Below are positions 7,595 to 15,091 of a DNA stretch of 36,019 nucleotides, piece by piece. Position 1 is the stretch's first letter; every line of letters starts with the position of its first letter. The position numbers and the translations under genes were made by a program. The notes under the pieces were generated by a model that was given only the letters and a program-made list of their open reading frames with translations, searched no databases and was not told where the DNA came from. Source of the DNA: a virus (Duplodnaviria > Heunggongvirae > Uroviricota > Caudoviricetes); the IMG/VR virus record IMGVR_UViG_2537561980_000006. The stretch is one strand, 5' to 3'.

Positions 7595-7888
7595 ATGATG
7601 AAATTCACAGGGCTACAGTCGTCAGCGTTACCTGATACTTCTGATTCAGTAAAAGAGTGTGTGAATCTCGGGCAGTGGATGCTGTTCAAATCTTATGCGC
7701 ATGAAGTAACCACAACATTTGAAGTGGTGTTTTTTCTGAAAACTGGCGATGAAATATTTGGTTTGAATGAAAGAGGGCAAATAACGTCCACCCAAATTAC
7801 TGAACATTTAAGCATCGATGAGCTTTTTTACTTTATTGATATACCAAAGCCACCATCTTTCAGTAATGCAATGCCTCCTAAATATTAA
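7595..7888 (+). CDS. Hypothetical protein (97 aa), first gene of AT-rich island operon
   Basis: ATG at 7595 after AAGGA; low GC; 40-nt gap to the next gene. Confidence 0.5.
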   Translation: MMKFTGLQSSALPDTSDSVKECVNLGQWMLFKSYAHEVTTTFEVVFFLKTGDEIFGLNERGQITSTQITEHLSIDELFYFIDIPKPPSFSNAMPPKY

Positions 7889-7928
7889 CAAAATTTTAAC
7901 TTAAAACATTCGAATCATAAGGATATGT

Positions 7929-8631
7929 ATGAGCCTTAGGTCTGAGCGTACGAAATGGGTTATGTTTTTGCCTTGTTCTAAAGAAGAAGTTGAATCGCGC
8001 CACGTTTTGGATATTGTTTTTGGCGTGCTATGTCTTGAGAAGGCCGGTATAAATCCACGAGACATATCAATATATATTGACAGCCCTAACAGGAATTTTG
8101 ATGATTTTTTTTTCATCAGCCTCGAAGTATCCTTATGCGTCAAAAGCATCAGCAGATTTCTTTAATGACTTGCGTGATAATAACTACAATAACATAGTAA
8201 TGTTTGTTACTGGTCATGGTTGCCCACAAGGACTGGATGCAAAAAATCCTATTACTCCTCATCAACTTCTCAAGGCTTTAAAAGGAGCACCTAATTTAAA
8301 CAATGCTATTGTTTATTTTGGACAGTGTTATGCAGGTACGTTCAATTTTGTTGGGGCGGGTAAAAGAAAGGATGGCGAGCCTGAGGTTGTTTTAATTGGG
8401 GCGACTAATCTTACTGAGAGTCTGAGTATAGCGACTACTGAAACGTTTCTTGATGGAGATGAATTTCCTTGGACGGCCAATATTTTTCTCCTTCATGTTT
8501 TTAAATGGATGTCAAAACCTTCTGATATAGATGGTGATGGCCGTTATACTGTAATGGATTCTTATAAGCATGCTGGTATTTTTACTAACTTTGTGAATAA
8601 AAAACAAAAACAGATATGTTTGGTGAGATAA
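7929..8631 (+). CDS. Putative clan CD (caspase-like) cysteine peptidase, reading frame interrupted at a T9 tract (8105-8113)
   Basis: Hydrophobic strand + His-Gly (NNIVMFVTGHG) and hydrophobic strand + Gln-Cys (NAIVYFGQCYAG) 37 residues apart; N-terminal strands lie in ORF 7929-8165 and the catalytic core in ORF 8077/8101-8631; losing one T fuses them. Confidence 0.45.
8105..8113. repeat. Homopolymeric T9 tract at the frame break of the caspase-like gene
   Basis: Nine consecutive T at the junction of the two overlapping ORFs. Confidence 0.9.
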
Positions 8632-8825
8632 TTAATATGCATGCAGAGTGTAATAAACTCATGGCACTGGCTTCTTCGGGGACAGGGAATTGGATAATTG
8701 ATACGACAAATGAGTTAAATTATAAAGCCAAAAAAACACAACTACAAAATTTATTGATTGCGCACCACACTCATCAAGAATGTTGGATATTAAATGCAAG
8801 ACCAGCGCAAAAAATTGAGTTTTGA
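8616..8825 (+). CDS. Hypothetical protein (62-69 aa), or frame-shifted C-terminal continuation of the caspase-like gene
   Basis: ORF in the frame of 7929; upstream frame ends at 8629-8631 just after an A6 tract (8599-8604); alternative start ATG 8637 with GGTGAG RBS. Confidence 0.35.
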   Translation: MFGEIINMHAECNKLMALASSGTGNWIIDTTNELNYKAKKTQLQNLLIAHHTHQECWILNARPAQKIEF

Positions 8826-9085
8826 CTAATCGTTATGTCAATTAATTACAATAACGACTTATCATGGTGAGCAAAAACGGTTTGCGGGAAAAGGAGAGTT
8901 AAGTAGAATTGCTGCGGGTGCTTGAGGCTATCTGCCTCGGGCATGAACACCAAAAGGCAGATAGAGAAAAGCCCCAGTTAACATTACGCGTCCTGCAAGA
9001 CGCTTAACATTAATCTGAGGCCCAATCTATGTCTCACAAATGTAGGTTAGCCTCTTACGTGCCGAAAGGCAAGGAGAAGCAGGCT

Positions 9086-9241
9086 ATGAAGCAGCAAAAG
9101 GCGATGTTAATCGCCCTGATCGTCATCTGTTTAACCGTCATAGTGACGGTACTGGTAACGAGGAAAGACCTCTGCGAGGTACGAATCCGAACCGGCCAGA
9201 CGGAGGTCGCTGTCTTCACAGCTTACGAACCTGAGGAGTAA
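9086..9241 (+). CDS. Hok/Gef-family type I toxin (51 aa)
   Basis: MKQQKAMLIALIVICLTVIVTVLVTRKDLCEVRIRTGQTEVAVFTAYEPEE: single TM helix and the conserved Hok C-terminal region; in-frame upstream extension from 9029. Confidence 0.8.
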   Translation: MKQQKAMLIALIVICLTVIVTVLVTRKDLCEVRIRTGQTEVAVFTAYEPEE

Positions 9242-9311
9242 GAGACCTGGCGGGGGAGAAATCCCTCGCCACCTCTGATGTGTCAGGCATCCTCAACGCA
9301 CCCGCACTTAA

Positions 9312-9330
9312 CCCGCTTCGGCGTTTTTTC
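9312..9330 (+). terminator. Weak intrinsic terminator downstream of hok
   Basis: CGC-TTCG-GCG short stem with UUCG tetraloop, then T6. Confidence 0.3.
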
Positions 9331-9384
9331 CGTTGATTAACTCTAGTTATTAGAGAACCGAACTTTTATTGATGGGGCAGGGAG

Positions 9385-9777
9385 ATGAAGAAACTTGTTT
9401 TAGTCGCAGGTGTAATGATTGCAACAGTAATGTTGGGAGGGTGTGCAGCAAAGGTCGATCCAGCGTTGAAAGCAGAAGCAATGAAGCCACTAACATGTAA
9501 TGATGAAAAGCAATGTGACTTTTATTGGAAACGAGCGCAATTCTGGTTGGCTAATAATTCCTCATGGAAAATTCAAACGGCGACAGACACGCTAATTTCC
9601 ACTTATAATCCCTCTCCAAATAGTCCATTCCTCGCTTATCAAGTGAGTAAAATGCCAAATGAAGATGGATCCTCAAGAATTTTCATCAAGCCTTTTTGCG
9701 ATAATATGTTTGGCTGTCAACCAAACCCCTATCAGGCAGTTGTTTCCTTTAAAAACTTCGTTAAAACAGGGCAGTAG
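9385..9777 (+). CDS. Lipoprotein (130 aa), AT-rich cargo gene
   Basis: Signal peptide with lipobox MLGG-C (Cys20); RBS GGGAG; five further Cys residues. Confidence 0.65.
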   Translation: MKKLVLVAGVMIATVMLGGCAAKVDPALKAEAMKPLTCNDEKQCDFYWKRAQFWLANNSSWKIQTATDTLISTYNPSPNSPFLAYQVSKMPNEDGSSRIFIKPFCDNMFGCQPNPYQAVVSFKNFVKTGQ

Positions 9778-9975
9778 TGTATAGCTTGGACGATAAATTA
9801 TTAGTGAAAACGCCGTAAACCCTCACCCAATGTGGACTAAGTCTATCAAACATGACTGTGATGATTAGTCCGTAGTTGTTGTCTATGAAATCTGGATTGA
9901 GTCAGGGTTTAATCCAATAATTATTCTATCGTTCCTTTACAAGTCCGGTATATTACTTTCAGTTTGTTTTAGCAT

Positions 9976-10001
9976 ACCCGCTTCGGCGGGTTTTGTTTTT
10001 T
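9976..10001 (+). terminator. Intrinsic terminator
   Basis: CCCGC-TTCG-GCGGG stem-loop followed by TTTTGTTTTTT. Confidence 0.6.
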
Positions 10002-10073
10002 CCTGGCATTCTGGTTTACAATTCGCACGCCAGCCTGAACAACTGGCACCTGCTGCGCCAGCAGAGACAACCG

Positions 10074-10352
10074 ATGGCGCACGATACCAAATTACACAAT
10101 TCTGATGATTCTGCCGTCTTTGCCAGCAGGCACGGGCGGCGTTCCCGCACTTTCAAATCTGACTGGTTCCAGCATGACCCATGTACTGAAGAACAGGCCG
10201 AATGGCTAATTCATAACTATCGCAGACGCGGATACGAGATTAAGAAAGCCCTCAGCCTCGATTATCGTCACTGGATAATCTATGTCAGGCTCCCTTATTC
10301 CGAACGCCCACCGCACCCATCCCGCACATACCAGCAACGGATCTGGAGGTAA
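10074..10352 (+). CDS. Hypothetical protein (92 aa)
   Basis: ATG at 10074 in the ORF directly upstream of the DUF968-like gene; weak RBS. Confidence 0.4.
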   Translation: MAHDTKLHNSDDSAVFASRHGRRSRTFKSDWFQHDPCTEEQAEWLIHNYRRRGYEIKKALSLDYRHWIIYVRLPYSERPPHPSRTYQQRIWR

Positions 10353-10353
10353 C

Positions 10354-11403
10354 GTGCGGATATTACTTCGACCTGTTCTGGTACCGGAACTCGGGCTGGT
10401 GGTCCTTAGGCCGGGCCGTGAATCCATGCAAGTATTTCATAACCCTCGAGTGCTGGTGGAGCCTGAACCGAAAAGCATGCGCGGTCTGCCGTCCGGAGTC
10501 GTCCCTGCCGTTCGCCAGCCGCTGGCGGAGGATAAATCATTACTGCCATTTTTCAGCGATGAGCGGGTGATTCGTGCTGCTGGCGGCGCTGGGGCACTGT
10601 CTGACTGGCTGTTGCGTCATGTCAAATCCTGCCAGTGGCCTCATGGTGACTATCATCACAGTGAAATCGTCATACATCGTTACGGTACCAGCGCGATGGT
10701 GTTGTGCTGGCACTGCGACAACCAGTTGCGTGACCAGACATCCGAATCACTCGGGCAACTTGCTCATCAAAACCTGTCAGCATGGATGATTGACGTCATA
10801 CGCCATGCAATGAATGGCACGCAGGAGCGGGAATTGTCGCTGGCTGAATTATCTTGGTGGGCGGTCTGCAATCAGGTGGCGGACGCGCTTCCGGAGGCAG
10901 TATTACGTCGTTCTCTGGGGGTACGTGCGGAAAAAATCCGCTCCTTGTACCGCGAAAGCGACATCGTACCGGGAGAGCAGACCGCCACCAGCATACTGAA
11001 GCAGCGCACAAAAAATCTTGCGCCGTTGCCTCATGCCCACCAGCAACAGAACCCACCACAGGAAAAGACGGTGGTATGCATCACCGTTGATCCGGAGTCT
11101 CCGGAATCTTTCATGAGGCGACCTAAACGTCGCCGTTGGGTAAATGAGAAATATACGCGCTGGGTGAAGACACAGCCGTGTGCGTGTTGTGGTCAGCCAG
11201 CCGACGATCCCCATCACCTGATTGGTCACGGTCAGGGAGGGATGGGAACAAAGGCCCACGATATTTTCACGCTACCGTTGTGCCGGGAACATCACAACGA
11301 ACTTCATGCGGATCCGCTGGCGTTCGAAGAAAAGCATGGTTCCCAGGTTGATTTAATTTTTCGTTTTCTTGATCACGCCTTTGCAACCGGCGTGCTCGGG
11401 TAA
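10354..11403 (+). CDS. Phage protein with C-terminal Cys/His nuclease-like motif (DUF968/YdfU-like)
   Basis: GTG at 10354 after GGAGG; C-terminus CACCGQPADDPHHLIGHG..LCREHHNELH; location upstream of rusA and Q as in Qin-type prophages. Confidence 0.55.
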   Translation: MRILLRPVLVPELGLVVLRPGRESMQVFHNPRVLVEPEPKSMRGLPSGVVPAVRQPLAEDKSLLPFFSDERVIRAAGGAGALSDWLLRHVKSCQWPHGDYHHSEIVIHRYGTSAMVLCWHCDNQLRDQTSESLGQLAHQNLSAWMIDVIRHAMNGTQERELSLAELSWWAVCNQVADALPEAVLRRSLGVRAEKIRSLYRESDIVPGEQTATSILKQRTKNLAPLPHAHQQQNPPQEKTVVCITVDPESPESFMRRPKRRRWVNEKYTRWVKTQPCACCGQPADDPHHLIGHGQGGMGTKAHDIFTLPLCREHHNELHADPLAFEEKHGSQVDLIFRFLDHAFATGVLG

Positions 11404-11415
11404 AAGAGGTTACTG

Positions 11416-11775
11416 ATGCGTATAGAGTTTGTTTTGCCTTATCCGCCGACGGTGAATACTTACTGGCGACGTCGTGGCAACACATATTTTGTATCAAAAG
11501 TCGGTGAGCGTTATCGCCGTGATGTGGCACTAATTGTTCGCCAGCAGCGGTTGAAATTAAACCTGTCCGGAAGGCTGGCAATAAAAATTATTGCAGAGCC
11601 ACCGGATAAGCGCCGCCGCGACCTGGACAATATCCTGAAGGCACCACTGGATGCGCTGACGCATGCCGGACTTCTCATAGACGACGAGCAGTTTGATGAA
11701 ATCAATATTGTGCGCGGACTGCCTGTTCCTGGTGGTCGGCTGGGGATAAAAATCACAGAACTGGAGTGCGCATGA
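11416..11775 (+). CDS. rusA: Holliday junction resolvase RusA
   Basis: 119 aa with RusA-family features (TVNTYWRRRG.., DKRRRDLDNILKAPLDALTHAGLLIDDEQ). Confidence 0.8.
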   Translation: MRIEFVLPYPPTVNTYWRRRGNTYFVSKVGERYRRDVALIVRQQRLKLNLSGRLAIKIIAEPPDKRRRDLDNILKAPLDALTHAGLLIDDEQFDEINIVRGLPVPGGRLGIKITELECA

Positions 11776-12461
11776 ATAACCAGTATTTACAGTTTGTGCG
11801 TGAGCAGCTCATTATCGCTACCGCTGATTTGAGTGGGGCAACAAAAGGTCAGCTTGAAGCCTGGCAGGAGAATGCCATGTTTGATACAGGGCGTTACAGG
11901 CGTAAAAAAATCCGGTACCGCGATGAAGTGACTGGAAGAATGATAACGCGGGATAGTCCACCGATACCGGGAAAACAATCACTGGCGAAAGGCTCATCAA
12001 TTGCTCTGGTAAGTCAGGTTGAGTTTTCGACATCATCATGGCGACGGGCAGTTCTGTCTCTTGAAGAACATCATAAAGCCTGGTTGTTGTGGTGTTACAG
12101 CGGGAGTATTTGTTGGGAATATCAGATCGCGATAACACAGTGGGCGTGGAATGAATTTAATACTCAATCCGGTACCAGAAAAATTGCAGGGAAAACGCAG
12201 GAACGCCTGAAAAAATTAATCTGGCTGGCGGCGCAGGCATTAAAAGCAGAACTTTTTGGTGGGGAAGGTTATGAATACCAGGAGCTGGCATTACTGGCGG
12301 GAGTGACAACTAAAAACTGGTCCAAAACATTTACTCGTCACTGGGTTGCAATGAAACACATTTTTCACCGACTTGATAGTGAGGCTTTATTGTTTGTAAT
12401 GAGAACACGTTCAAAACAAAAGGCGGCATTTTCAAAGCAAAGTGTTGCAAAAGTAGATTGA
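11772..12461 (+). CDS. Late-gene antiterminator, Q-type (QuuQ-like)
   Basis: 229 aa directly upstream of a promoter / short transcript / terminator and the lysis and morphogenesis genes; family assignment by position and size. Confidence 0.55.
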   Translation: MNNQYLQFVREQLIIATADLSGATKGQLEAWQENAMFDTGRYRRKKIRYRDEVTGRMITRDSPPIPGKQSLAKGSSIALVSQVEFSTSSWRRAVLSLEEHHKAWLLWCYSGSICWEYQIAITQWAWNEFNTQSGTRKIAGKTQERLKKLIWLAAQALKAELFGGEGYEYQELALLAGVTTKNWSKTFTRHWVAMKHIFHRLDSEALLFVMRTRSKQKAAFSKQSVAKVD

Positions 12462-12473
12462 AAGGCATATATT
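12445..12473 (+). promoter_or_regulatory. Candidate late promoter (pR'-like)
   Basis: TTGCAA (12445-12450), 17-nt spacer, TATATT (12468-12473), at the 3' end of Q. Confidence 0.4.
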
Positions 12474-12524
12474 TCATGCAAATCTGATATTTTGCCGATT
12501 TTGTACGTGATGGCAAAAGCAAAC

Positions 12525-12551
12525 AAAACCCGCCCACAAGCGGGTTTTTTG
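12525..12551 (+). terminator. Intrinsic terminator (tR'-like)
   Basis: CCCGC-CCACAA-GCGGG flanked by A4 upstream and T6 downstream. Confidence 0.6.
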
Positions 12552-12617
12552 TGCCACTTATCTCGGATAGACATGGTGAATGCGCTGGTGGAGGAGATAA
12601 GGGTGATTTTTGAATGC

Positions 12618-12646
12618 TTGCAACATTGATTTCGTAACGTTATTAT
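12618..12646 (+). promoter_or_regulatory. Candidate promoter for the tRNA cluster
   Basis: TTGCAA (12618-12623), 17-nt spacer, TATTAT (12641-12646), ~9 nt before the first tRNA. Confidence 0.4.
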
Positions 12647-12655
12647 CCTGCGCCC

Positions 12656-12731
12656 GGCCCTTTAGCTCAGTGGTGAGAGCGAGCGACTCATAATCGCCAG
12701 GTCGCTGGTTCAAATCCAGCAAGGGCCACCA
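12656..12731 (+). tRNA. tRNA with CAU anticodon (Ile2-lysidine type or Met)
   Basis: Cloverleaf folded by hand: acceptor GGCCCTT/AAGGGCC, loop CUCAUAA, T-loop TTCAAAT, 3' CCA; close to E. coli ileX-type sequence as I recall it. Confidence 0.8.
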
Positions 12732-12732
12732 G

Positions 12733-12809
12733 CCGCCACTAGCTCATCAGGAAAGAGCGTCAACCCTTTAAGTTGAGTGTGCGAGGTTCGAGTCCCCGGT
12801 GGCGGTCCA
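12733..12809 (+). tRNA. tRNA with UUU anticodon (Lys-like) and unusual C at position 33
   Basis: Acceptor CCGCCAC/GTGGCGG, anticodon stem TCAAC/GTTGA, loop CCTTTAA, T-loop TTCGAGT, 3' CCA. Confidence 0.6.
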
Positions 12810-12811
12810 GT

Positions 12812-12887
<76 letters not shown>

Positions 12888-12890
12888 TAT

Positions 12891-12965
<75 letters not shown>

Positions 12966-13232
12966 GCAGAGGACGATTGATACTAGGTTGTGTTAGGCAC
13001 TGACACATTTTATGTGGGGCGTTTTTCCTGACTCCTTACCTCGCCCTGTACTGTAAGGAGTGATATCGCTTGCAGCACCAGTGCCATTTTTTACGTCACC
13101 GGAATGGTGCATTATTGGTAGAGATTTGCAATGTTTCTGGCAGGGGCCGATGATGCATCATTCTGGTGTTGTAAATAACACCATGACATTGAGATTAATC
13201 ATATATTAAGCAAAACCTGGAAATGCATCCTT

Positions 13233-13258
13233 AACCGCCTCTATCGGGCGGTTTTTTT
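13233..13258 (+). terminator. Intrinsic terminator
   Basis: AACCGCC-TCTATC-GGGCGGTT then T7. Confidence 0.6.
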
Positions 13259-13581
13259 ATTCTGAACTCAGAAAAGAATACACGGGCATTGATATTACCC
13301 GTGTGGCAAGGCCATGAAAGCTAATAATGAACTGAGCGCAAAAAAAGCGCGGCTGTCGGATTAACGCCGCGGGACAAAGTCCGTGAAGAAGAATAAGCAT
13401 CAGTCTCCTCCAGGAGACGATTTGATATTACTAAGCTTTAAAAATGGTTTAAATCCCCGGATTAACCTTAATTTCAGATAAGCTTTATTTCATTTTCTCC
13501 GAGCCACGTCAGGCGCACATCACATCAGATAACACCACATAAAAGGCATCTGCGGGTGTCTTTGATGGGGTGTTTTTTTAC

Positions 13582-13606
13582 GGGCCGCTGGTGGCCCTTT
13601 TTTATT
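13582..13606 (+). terminator. Intrinsic terminator upstream of the lysis genes
   Basis: GGGCC-GCTGGT-GGCCC then TTTTTTATTT. Confidence 0.55.
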
Positions 13607-13621
13607 TACAGGAGAAAAAGT

Positions 13622-14014
13622 ATGTCTGAACCCTTATCCGGTTCCGGCACGGCTGCGGCGCTCGGCGGGGCGACGGTGTACGGGTTGTTTACCGGAACGG
13701 ATTTCGGGATTGTGTTTGGTGCGTTCGCCGGGGCGTTATTTGTGGCAACGATGCCGCAGGCGCTTTCAGCCTGGCGTGTGGCGGCGCATTTTCTGGTGTC
13801 GTTCATTATCGGTGTGCTGGGCGCAGAGGTTCTGGCATCCTGGCTGGTAAAGCATACAGGGTTTGACGGAGCGCCTGTCGACGCATTGTGTGCAGTGCTG
13901 GTGTCAGTGGTGTCGGTGAAGATTCTGTCGTTCATCCACCAGCAGGATATTGCATCGCTGGTGTCCGGCCTGTTCTCCCGCCTGCGGGGTGGAGGAGGCG
14001 GCAATGTTAAGTAA
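13622..14014 (+). CDS. Putative holin (multi-TM membrane protein, 130 aa)
   Basis: ATG at 13622 after GGAGAAAAAG; several hydrophobic segments; first gene of the lysis cassette. Confidence 0.5.
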   Translation: MSEPLSGSGTAAALGGATVYGLFTGTDFGIVFGAFAGALFVATMPQALSAWRVAAHFLVSFIIGVLGAEVLASWLVKHTGFDGAPVDALCAVLVSVVSVKILSFIHQQDIASLVSGLFSRLRGGGGGNVK

Positions 14015-14279
14015 CCTTCCCGGATTGCTGAATGTGGCGTTATGCACGGTTATCGTGCTGACGCTCTTTTTTTATCGTCGCCGTGATTCCAGACATAAAC
14101 CGCTGATGTCATGGCTGGCCTGGCTGCTGATGCTGCTGTATGCCTTTGCGCCCCTCAGCTATCTGTGTGGTCGCCCATTAGCAACGGGCTGGCTGGAAGT
14201 GTTTTTTAATCTGCTGTTCTGCGTGCTGGTAATACGCGCACGCGGGAACGTCGCAAGAATTTTTCCATTGTTGAGGTGA
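14004..14279 (+). CDS. Putative lysis-associated membrane protein (91 aa; holin/antiholin-like)
   Basis: ATG at 14004 after GGAGGAGG; 2-3 hydrophobic segments; overlaps the upstream gene end. Confidence 0.45.
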   Translation: MLSNLPGLLNVALCTVIVLTLFFYRRRDSRHKPLMSWLAWLLMLLYAFAPLSYLCGRPLATGWLEVFFNLLFCVLVIRARGNVARIFPLLR

Positions 14280-14281
14280 GT

Positions 14282-14659
14282 ATGTCGGGTAAATTCAGAT
14301 TTAGTCGTCGCAGCGAAAAGAATCTGGAGGGCGTCAAACCACAGCTGGTTGCTGTCGTTCGCCGTGCGCTGGAACTGACGGAGGTTGATTTCGGTATTAC
14401 GGAAGGCCTGCGCAGTAAGTATCGCCAGAAACAGCTGGTCGCGGAAGGGAAAAGCCAGACCATGAACAGCCGCCACCTGACCGGTGATGCGGTGGATGTT
14501 GTGGCCTACATTGGCAGCCAGGTGTCATGGGACTGGCCTCTGTACGAGAAAATCGCGCAGGCATTTAAGCAGGCTGCCGCAGAGCTGGGAACTGCCATCG
14601 AATGGGGCGGGGACTGGAAAACACTGAAAGACGGGCCTCACTTTCAGTTGAAACGCTGA
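14282..14659 (+). CDS. Endolysin, L-alanyl-D-glutamate peptidase (peptidase M15 family)
   Basis: GVKPQLVAVVRRALELTEVDFGITEGLRS..HLTGDAVDVVAY..GDW resembles the T5-type M15 endolysin as I recall it; RBS GAGGTGAG. Confidence 0.8.
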   Translation: MSGKFRFSRRSEKNLEGVKPQLVAVVRRALELTEVDFGITEGLRSKYRQKQLVAEGKSQTMNSRHLTGDAVDVVAYIGSQVSWDWPLYEKIAQAFKQAAAELGTAIEWGGDWKTLKDGPHFQLKR

Positions 14660-14673
14660 TAACCAGGTGTGTT

Positions 14674-14853
14674 ATGAGCAGAAAACACTGGACACACAGA
14701 ATGCCGCGAACGGCGGCGAAATGGGCACTGGTAGCGATACTGGTGCCTTTTTTATTGGCGGGATGCGTTAGCCTGGATAAGGCGCGCCAGTTTTTTGACG
14801 CTGCTTCTCAGGCCTGCCAACTGATTGATGGCATCCGGCAGTGTATGCAGTGA
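14674..14853 (+). CDS. Small lipoprotein (59 aa), possible spanin-like lysis component
   Basis: Signal peptide with lipobox LLAG-C; located directly after the endolysin gene. Confidence 0.45.
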   Translation: MSRKHWTHRMPRTAAKWALVAILVPFLLAGCVSLDKARQFFDAASQACQLIDGIRQCMQ

Positions 14854-14905
14854 GGTTAGATAAAGTGAACTCAATTCATCCTCGCATATTTATTCAGGAG
14901 GAAAT

Positions 14906-15040
14906 ATGTTTCTTTTCCCAAAGATTTTTAATATTGCTATGAAGTCAAAATTATTAAAAATTCTCAATAAAAAACCTGAGGGCGCATTTGATAATACGGG
15001 AGCGTTTTACTTAAAAGGAAATATTACATACACCAAATAA
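14906..15040 (+). CDS. Small ORF (44 aa) in AT-rich islet
   Basis: Strong RBS CAGGAGG 5 nt before ATG; MFLFPKIFNIAMKSKLLKILNKK..; below ORF-track cutoff. Confidence 0.35.
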   Translation: MFLFPKIFNIAMKSKLLKILNKKPEGAFDNTGAFYLKGNITYTK

Positions 15041-15046
15041 AGAAAA

Positions 15047-15068
15047 GGGGGGAGGTGCTCCCTCCCCG
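15047..15068. terminator. GC hairpin between convergent small ORFs (terminator for the minus-strand gene)
   Basis: GGGGAGG-TGCT-CCTCCCC; on the minus strand it is followed by a T-rich run (TTTTCT). Confidence 0.4.
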
Positions 15069-15091
15069 CTCCTGTAAACGATGGATTCAGA

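Noticed and set aside
9029-9085. Longer 70-aa form of the hok ORF starting at 9029
   Set aside because: Hok-family toxins are ~50 aa; the internal ATG at 9086 (MKQQKAM..) gives the canonical length. The upstream extension may be a coupling or regulatory frame rather than part of the toxin.
12966-13620. Searched for Shiga-toxin-like A/B subunit genes at the tRNA-lysis slot
   Set aside because: No ORF of 60 aa or more on either strand in this interval; only micro-ORFs and terminators are present.
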